Translations under genes and position numbers: made by a program
In this document: positions 58,601-64,000 of the stretch, piece after piece
Numbering within the stretch: position 1 is the first letter of the stretch
Layout of the letters: the number at the start of each line of letters is the position of its first letter
From: a virus
Direction: 5' to 3' (one strand)
IMG/VR virus record: IMGVR_UViG_3300008259_000017
Location: 8,879 to 72,878 of that record
DNA: 64,000 nucleotides
Notes under the pieces: generated by a model
What the model was told of the DNA's origin: nothing
The model's database searches: none
Seen by the model: only the letters and a program-made list of their open reading frames with translations

Positions 58601-60103
58601 GGATATGCTGCAGATGGATATACAACAAGCTCTACTGCAACTAGCACTATATCAAATGCGATATTAAACACAAGTGTAACAGAGCTTGCCTCATCTGGAT
58701 TCTCAACATGGAACGGAATAAGTGAATCTGGATATTCAGAAGTGGATACATCTGATTCTTCTTTTGCAACCTTCACAGTAACTCCTGGGCTAAATTCACA
58801 GGCAACACTTGATAATATAGGAACTTTTACTGGAGATTTTACAGTAGACTTCAAGGCAAAGAGAACCTCATGGGATGCGGATAATATTTCACTAGGAAAA
58901 ATAGAATTCTTTGCAGAAGTAAATATAGATAATCTAGCTAGCGGCTCTGCAGCAGGAAGGCTTGGCTGGGCGCAGTCTGATTCTGGTATTAAGTTATTTT
59001 GGGAAGGCGAAGTAAAGGACTCCTCAAGCGCTATACTTTATAGTTTCAGTTTTTCAATTGACACTCCAGAGACAGAAGGATTATATTTAAACTTTAGAAT
59101 AAGAAGGATAAATGATGTTGTATCTGCTTATTATTTTAATCCAAATGATTCATCTGAGGTAATAAACGAAGAATACCATAAGATAGGCGATCTCCTTGAT
59201 ATGCAACTTGGAGAAGGAGATATGACATTTGGCTTTGCAGCTGTTCAATCAAATAACTTGGCAGCTCTAGCTCTATACCAGTATGTGGTCGACGTTTACT
59301 CATATAACTTTGAAATAAAATCAGATGAAGTAACCGAAGATGTTGCATTAACTTCGGAGATATTAATTGGAAAGAATTCTTCATTCTTAAACGAATTAAC
59401 ATTTAACTTGCCAGTTCAAATTAATTCAAAGACAGAAGTATTATCTGCAACACTAACTTTAAAGGCATCAAGAGATTATACAGTAGATGCTGCAGATACA
59501 TTTTATTTAATTCCATATAGCAATATAAATGCATCAAATCTATCAAAGTACCTTGGAATAGTCTTGTCGTCAAACACATCATTGATTCAGACCATTCCAA
59601 GTGGTTCGACAGGTGTTGCAGGATCATCTATAGTGCTTGATATAACTGCTGCAATAACAAATATGGTAGCACAGCCAGGACATCTACCGGGATATTATAA
59701 AGCATTCCTTTTAACAACAGATGTATCTGCAATAACAGAGCTTTATATAACAAATGAGATATCTCTAGATATTGTATATTCAGATATAACAACTGGCGTT
59801 GTATTTCAGGTTGGATCTACTCTAGATCCTCTTACTGGAATATTAACTTTAAAAACAAAGAACATATTATATGATTCATTAAATGCTCAAAATAGAACTG
59901 TTATAAACTTTGGCGTATCTCTAAAGAAGGCTGGATTTAAGAATTCAGATTTAAGTATTGGAATCAATGAATTGAAAGCAGTTGGAATTGGAACTTGCGT
60001 GCCAGATTCCGCTGTAACGAGTTTGGATGACTGCTTCTTTGTAACAGGATCTTCAGAGACAGGAGTATTTGTAGAGGGCCCATTCCCTTGTTCAGCATCA
60101 TAA
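55619..60103 (+). CDS. Baseplate/fibre-attachment protein with dockerin-like domain
   Basis: 1494 aa; N-terminal RVNFFDGQKITESDLDQEQ motif of contractile-tail fibre-anchor proteins; paired Ca-loops GDFNDDGKLDAND and ADLNADGSIDSSD. Confidence 0.65.
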   Translation: MSADNLSIVSRVNFFDGQKITESDLDQEQNHQRSLSSNHVSVSHGSGIVKDNPLENRILLDTSAPSTYGVNDTEYLITTGSFDGKPIKLDRQPSNSDTGARLFITVSNGTVRSAHPVKVLILGSRYNPLDTRGELVYELIEFYGNETKVTGNYYKTIFAVYFNNLSGGSGQTYYDAVVDSVNYISDYETKVVILEAEPLVIFPKTNVSCQTESPCFDLNNFITYNSSKTINDILEEGLDSTFSIDELYLEKDPSGLLLFEAGASSSKAYGQKFLAKSGNIQKISLLVSVDNPVAGFSGNLVLSIHKLTTSQNCITDVVPDNLINFDPEAVSIAEVSYSNEDLIANGIILTTDPKVIDFDFSSTLLANPLLEPKLEIGSYYCFILKRFGDTSTSTVRLYNGWGKKYRKEDNGQALTIQEQFRPDESIFTEYDIVNTKFVDDNSLSLWFELHSATFEVTSGKAYSYDGFPMEVPTTEQYVGGNLISYTLKDIELLNITGAKNYVILERAEKFSNAITHPRTGNYTFTRITDSCELSVLSEESLASIIDMNPIILGSITDDNNRSPSDIDGAIQYPGLLTPNKLYFVNPPAYLLDRTLVDRIFIPDTECDCSNRYKIDSVSCRTLKAGDFNDDGKLDANDVITMLSLAGNVINSTTTEAALTDGTLSYVDFYKADLNADGSIDSSDIELLEDALYGFYNFTIPKEFVLLEMSLSNISSDSDHPNIFTDEAATSSSVTSTNTINFTATSSELIRVIRSGDIVIIPETEIDAGTYIVSSVSSSLLTVTLSVLNEDGTVPTFVGSPNFDIIINSGTEVNTFADNNNLALVPFVSRNWKITGSGNSFSSRFINKVNLGRFIEQSFFEEKVNDCICTTDNCFQDPSPSPIIKNQKVIPNDLYIPNGDILSAKGVPHHGDYEFVNISLELPPGTINDCSINLYESFIKSYNGTCNTAAGYPAMKYSDGTLVGCTDSGAVTDLALGKVKISKAISSLYVDALVDGYAADGYTTSSTATSTISNAILNTSVTELASSGFSTWNGISESGYSEVDTSDSSFATFTVTPGLNSQATLDNIGTFTGDFTVDFKAKRTSWDADNISLGKIEFFAEVNIDNLASGSAAGRLGWAQSDSGIKLFWEGEVKDSSSAILYSFSFSIDTPETEGLYLNFRIRRINDVVSAYYFNPNDSSEVINEEYHKIGDLLDMQLGEGDMTFGFAAVQSNNLAALALYQYVVDVYSYNFEIKSDEVTEDVALTSEILIGKNSSFLNELTFNLPVQINSKTEVLSATLTLKASRDYTVDAADTFYLIPYSNINASNLSKYLGIVLSSNTSLIQTIPSGSTGVAGSSIVLDITAAITNMVAQPGHLPGYYKAFLLTTDVSAITELYITNEISLDIVYSDITTGVVFQVGSTLDPLTGILTLKTKNILYDSLNAQNRTVINFGVSLKKAGFKNSDLSIGINELKAVGIGTCVPDSAVTSLDDCFFVTGSSETGVFVEGPFPCSAS

Positions 60104-60120
60104 TATAGTATAATCTTTGT

Positions 60121-61203
60121 ATGAATATGTATAATATAAGATGTGAATCAATACTTGGAACTCCTCATAGCTGGGCAATAACTATGAGGAATATACTCTC
60201 TGAATTAAAAAAGAGTGGCAACAAGCTTTATATAAAGTCTACAAATGGTACAAATCTTATTGATAATTACCTTTTAGAAGATATAGATAAGTGGCATAAC
60301 AATCCCGACATTGATATTACTTATACATTGCCGCATAATTTTAGAACAAGATTTCAAAAAAATTCAAAATTAAAAGCATCAGTTTTTAATTACGAGACTA
60401 GTATAGTCCCTCAAGAGTGGCTCAAAGAATTAAAGTGGGTTGATTATATATTGCCTTCAAGTAATTGGAGTAAGCAGATTTTTATCGAAAACGGATGGCC
60501 CGAGTCAAAATGCAAGGTAGTGCCGCTTGGTATAAATCCAGACTTAAAAAATACAAAAACTTCAATAAAATTGAGCAACAAAAAGTTTAAATTTCTAAAC
60601 ATATCAATACCTCATTACAGAAAGAATATGGATCTTTTAATTGAGGCCTATTATTCAACATTTAAAAAAGATGATGATGTTTCTTTGGTTATAAAAACAT
60701 CACTAGCTAAACCAAAAACAATATTTGAATGCAGCTTTATTGAAATATTAAAAAATGCACAAAAAAAATTTGGAAGCAATGTTCCGCAAATAGAGGTTAT
60801 AACTGATAATATAGAAAATATTGCAGAGCTTTACAACGCATGTGACTCTGTAATAAGCACCTCATCATCTGAAGGTTTTGGGCTACCATTATTAGAGGGT
60901 CTTCTCATGGAAAAGACAGTTATAGCTACAAACTGCACAGGCCAACTAGACTTCCTGACAAATAATAATTCTATTCTTATAGACGTTAAAGAGGTTGATG
61001 CCACACCAAATTATCAGTACTGGAGGAAATCTGAAGGATCAAAAACTTATATGCCAATAGTTTATTCAATTTCAGATTCAATGCTTTCTGCCTACAAAGG
61101 CTCATTCAATTTTAAAAATAATAAAAAAGAAATATCAAAATATGTAGAAGATACTTTCACGTGGAAGGAAACAAGCAATAAGGTTTTGAGTTTGGCAAAA
61201 TGA
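60121..61203 (+). CDS. Glycosyltransferase, GT4-like (GT-B fold)
   Basis: PSSNWSK, VVPLGINP, RKNMDLLIEAY, SEGFGLPLLEG...VIATNCTGQLDFL (E-x7-E signature). Confidence 0.9.
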   Translation: MNMYNIRCESILGTPHSWAITMRNILSELKKSGNKLYIKSTNGTNLIDNYLLEDIDKWHNNPDIDITYTLPHNFRTRFQKNSKLKASVFNYETSIVPQEWLKELKWVDYILPSSNWSKQIFIENGWPESKCKVVPLGINPDLKNTKTSIKLSNKKFKFLNISIPHYRKNMDLLIEAYYSTFKKDDDVSLVIKTSLAKPKTIFECSFIEILKNAQKKFGSNVPQIEVITDNIENIAELYNACDSVISTSSSEGFGLPLLEGLLMEKTVIATNCTGQLDFLTNNNSILIDVKEVDATPNYQYWRKSEGSKTYMPIVYSISDSMLSAYKGSFNFKNNKKEISKYVEDTFTWKETSNKVLSLAK

Positions 61204-61646
61204 GAATTTTTGATTCACAGATAAATAAGGCAATATTTTCAGGTAGAGAGGTTGCAAAACTTCCAGCTGATATATCATCAAATTCAAGTTTAAAATTAAA
61301 CTTTGAAATTAAAAAACAAAAAATAATTATAGAGCTTTTATCTAGAAAAATATCAGGTGTAGGCTTTTTAAATATCTTGTTTTATAACAAAGATAATATT
61401 GAAAATACAGAGTATGTGAATATAGAGCATAATTTTTATCAAAATAAAAGAATAGAAGTAGATCTGCAATCAAATATAGATAAGATAATCTTTGAAAAAG
61501 AAAAGGGATTTTCAGGAAGGATTAATATAGGCAGAATAACTATATCAAATCTTGATATACAAATGGATGCTGTAAAGACAATTAAAGGATTGGCCGTGCC
61601 AATGAGATCTGAAAAAGATCAAGTAATTGATGGATTGCTTATTTGA
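61200..61646 (+). CDS. Hypothetical beta-rich protein
   Basis: 148 aa, ATGA overlap with the glycosyltransferase. Confidence 0.55.
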   Translation: MRIFDSQINKAIFSGREVAKLPADISSNSSLKLNFEIKKQKIIIELLSRKISGVGFLNILFYNKDNIENTEYVNIEHNFYQNKRIEVDLQSNIDKIIFEKEKGFSGRINIGRITISNLDIQMDAVKTIKGLAVPMRSEKDQVIDGLLI

Positions 61647-61678
61647 TTACTAATATTATATATTAAAATGGAGTTGTT

Positions 61679-64000
61679 ATGAATAGATACTTAAGAATGA
61701 AACAAATTTTTAAAATTGCTGCAGATTTGGAAAGAACAAAGGCAATAAATTTAAATAAATCTTTTGCATTTCAAAATAATCTAGTTTCAAAGGAAGAAAT
61801 TAATCAATTTGTAGAAAACGGAGATGAAAGGCTTCCTTATTCAAAAAAAGAATTAGAAGATATTCAAGCAATTCAAATCCCAAAAAATTCAATAAAAAGA
61901 ACTTCAAATATTGAAAAACAGTTTTTAATTATTGGAGCTGTTATTCATTCAAATGACAGATTGCAAGCTGAAAATAACTTGGAAAAAATTAATCAATTTT
62001 TAGAGGGAGAAGAAAAGCAGCCAAATTTTTTAAAATCTAATTTTAATATAGATGAATCTTTGCTATTAAACAAACAAGCCTTAAAAGATGCTTTTTCAAA
62101 GTTGTTAAGCTTAACAGATGAATATATTGAAAAAACAAGACAACTAAGCAATAAATCAAAAAATGATGAGTATCAAACAAATAATGTTGTTTATTCATTT
62201 GCTGATGGCTGGAGAGTTGTTTATCTTCCTGCTGTTGGTGATGAAGACTGCAATCCATGGGAAGGAGATAACAACACATCACATGATAGAGTATTGGAAG
62301 GAAATAAAAATGGACTTTGCTTAGGCAGTGGTAACAAGCTTTACCAAACAAATAGAAGCGGAAAATTATACTCTATAAGAGATCCTGAAAACAAACCAAG
62401 GGTAACAATAAGAATTCAAGATAATTCGCTTCAAGAAGCAAAAGGTAAGAATAATCTGCCTCCAGATATAGATGCAGCTGTGAAAAGCAATGAATGGTTT
62501 GAATCTATTCAAGGTTTGAATTATAAAAATTCAGATGATTTTAAAAAATTCCCTCCATTAAATAAGGAGATTGCAGAGGAAAGTTTCTTAAATAATCCAG
62601 AATCAGCTTATAAACAAGGGTGGGTAGCACATTGGTATAAAAAAGGTATATATAAAATAGATTTAGATATTCAAAACAAAATAATTAATAATGACCCCTT
62701 ATTAATAAATTCTGGAATGCATAAAAAGTACAAAGAATTGATAAAACCAGTTATTGAATACTGGTGCAATGAATATTTGAATGGTAATTCTGGCGCAGAA
62801 GAGGTATTATTTGGAAGTTTACGCTCCCCTCCAAATCACGAAGTTTTTAAAACATATAGAAAGCTTCCAGAAATGCAAATGGCAGCCAAAAGGCTTTCAG
62901 AAAGATGTGATGAAAATAAAAATCTTTATTTTATTGTAGGTTTGCAAGAAATAACTGAGTTTGAAAATTTTTCTAAAAAACCAATAATGTTATATGCAAA
63001 GAATGAACCTCTTAACTTTCTAAAAAACTTCTCAGAAAAAGATTGGGCCAAGCCATATATTAATTTGACAGCCGAAAACTATGCAAAGAATGAACCTCTT
63101 AACTTTCTAAAAAACTTCTCAGAAAAAGATTGGGCCAAGCCATATATTAATTTGACAGCCGAAAACTATGCAGAGAATGAACCTTTTGACTTTCTAAGAA
63201 ACTTCTCAGAAAAAGATTGGGCCAAGCCATATATTAATTTGACAGCCGAAAACTATGCAAAGAATAAACCTTCTGACTTTCTAAATAGATCATCAACACA
63301 ACCTTGGGCAGAACAATATATTGATTTGGCAAGAAAAAACTATGCAGAGAAACATCCTGTTGACTTTATAAATAGGTTATCAACACAACCTTGGGCAGAA
63401 CAATATATTGATTTGGCAAGAAAAAACTATGCAGAGAAAGAACCTAGTAAATTTCTAGATAAATTCTCAAAACAACCTTGGGCAGAACAATATATTGATT
63501 TGGCAAGAAAAAATTATTCAGAGAAAGAACCTATTGACTTTCTAAATAGATTCTCAGAAGAAGGTTGGGCAGAACAATATATTGATTTGGCAGCCGAAAA
63601 CTATGCAAAGAAAGAACCTATTGCATTTCTAGATAACTTCTCAGAAAAAGATTGGGCCAAGCCATATATTGATTTGACAGCCAAAAATTATGCAGAGAAA
63701 AATCCTAGTATCTTTCTAAAAAAATTCTCAGAAAAAGATTGGGCCAAGCCATATGTTAATTTGACAGCCGAAAACTATGCAGAGAAACATCCTAGTGACT
63801 TTCTAGAAAGGTTCTCAAGACAACCTTGGGCAGAACAATATATTGATTTGGCAAGAAAAAACCATGCAGAGAAATATCCTAGTGACTTTCTAGATAGGTT
63901 CTCAAAACAACCTTGGGCAGAACAATATATTGATTTGGCAAGAAAAAACTATGCAGAGAAAGAACCTTTTGACTTTCTAGATAGGTTCTCAAAACAACCT
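61679..64000 (+). CDS. PcfJ-like domain protein with C-terminal 29-aa tandem repeats (partial, runs off window)
   Basis: Hand translation open from ATG 61679 (GGAG RBS) to window end; VVYSFADGWRVV...EGNKNGLCLG...LYSIRDPENKPRVTI...QEAKGKNNLPP at 62186-62464. Absent from the ORF track, presumably because there is no stop in the window. Confidence 0.8.
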   Translation, partial: MNRYLRMKQIFKIAADLERTKAINLNKSFAFQNNLVSKEEINQFVENGDERLPYSKKELEDIQAIQIPKNSIKRTSNIEKQFLIIGAVIHSNDRLQAENNLEKINQFLEGEEKQPNFLKSNFNIDESLLLNKQALKDAFSKLLSLTDEYIEKTRQLSNKSKNDEYQTNNVVYSFADGWRVVYLPAVGDEDCNPWEGDNNTSHDRVLEGNKNGLCLGSGNKLYQTNRSGKLYSIRDPENKPRVTIRIQDNSLQEAKGKNNLPPDIDAAVKSNEWFESIQGLNYKNSDDFKKFPPLNKEIAEESFLNNPESAYKQGWVAHWYKKGIYKIDLDIQNKIINNDPLLINSGMHKKYKELIKPVIEYWCNEYLNGNSGAEEVLFGSLRSPPNHEVFKTYRKLPEMQMAAKRLSERCDENKNLYFIVGLQEITEFENFSKKPIMLYAKNEPLNFLKNFSEKDWAKPYINLTAENYAKNEPLNFLKNFSEKDWAKPYINLTAENYAENEPFDFLRNFSEKDWAKPYINLTAENYAKNKPSDFLNRSSTQPWAEQYIDLARKNYAEKHPVDFINRLSTQPWAEQYIDLARKNYAEKEPSKFLDKFSKQPWAEQYIDLARKNYSEKEPIDFLNRFSEEGWAEQYIDLAAENYAKKEPIAFLDNFSEKDWAKPYIDLTAKNYAEKNPSIFLKKFSEKDWAKPYVNLTAENYAEKHPSDFLERFSRQPWAEQYIDLARKNHAEKYPSDFLDRFSKQPWAEQYIDLARKNYAEKEPFDFLDRFSKQP
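62993..64000 (+). repeat. Coding tandem repeat, 87-bp unit, at least 11.5 copies
   Basis: Units start at 62993, 63080, 63167 ... 63950; consensus YAEKxPxxFLxxFS(EKD/KQP)WA(KP/EQ)YI(N/D)L(TAEN/ARKN). Confidence 0.95.

Noticed and set aside
16616-60103. Bacterial tailocin or eCIS locus instead of a phage
   Set aside because: No head genes are in the window, but neck-like genes, a G/GT frameshift, no Afp15-like AAA ATPase, no host housekeeping genes and phage-like flanks favour a large phage. Not fully excluded without flanking sequence.
61200-61646. Possible truncated second glycosyltransferase or pseudogene
   Set aside because: No downstream out-of-frame GT motifs visible; cannot be supported without homolog comparison.
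2151-62351. Numerous 60-145 aa ORFs on the opposite strand or in alternate frames in the track
   Set aside because: Nearly all lie within long coding genes, show shadow-frame composition (Leu/Ser/Phe/Ile-rich) and have no RBS or motifs.
62993-64000. CRISPR array or DGR template/variable repeats
   Set aside because: Units are contiguous, exactly 29 codons, in an open frame with no unique spacers; changes are not adenine-specific and no cas or reverse transcriptase gene is in the window.
1-64000. tRNA, rRNA, introns, inteins, IS elements
   Set aside because: Intergenic gaps are all under about 80 nt and I saw no cloverleaf, homing-endonuclease, intein or transposase motifs.

Overview
AT-rich window (roughly 30% GC by eye) from what is most likely a large (jumbo-type) myovirus genome. 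It holds an almost uninterrupted + strand neck-tail-baseplate morphogenesis module. In order: Ig-like/neck proteins, a HExxH zincin, a holin/spanin-like cluster, two paralogous beta-helix spike/fibre proteins, tail completion protein, a 1069-aa tail sheath, tail tube, a tail-assembly chaperone pair joined by a predicted -1 frameshift, tape measure, tube initiator, hub, central spike, a 2611-aa protein with a long hydrophobic hairpin, gp25-like and baseplate-J-like wedges, a 3071-aa LamG-bearing wedge and a dockerin-like-domain protein. Glycosyltransferase-type genes bracket the module (two DUF2827-like on the left, one GT4-like on the right). The window ends in an ORF missing from the supplied track: a PcfJ-like domain followed by at least 11.5 tandem 29-aa repeats with fixed hypervariable positions. 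No capsid, portal, terminase, tRNA, CRISPR array or recognisable endolysin was seen. All family calls rest on motif recognition and gene order, not database searches.
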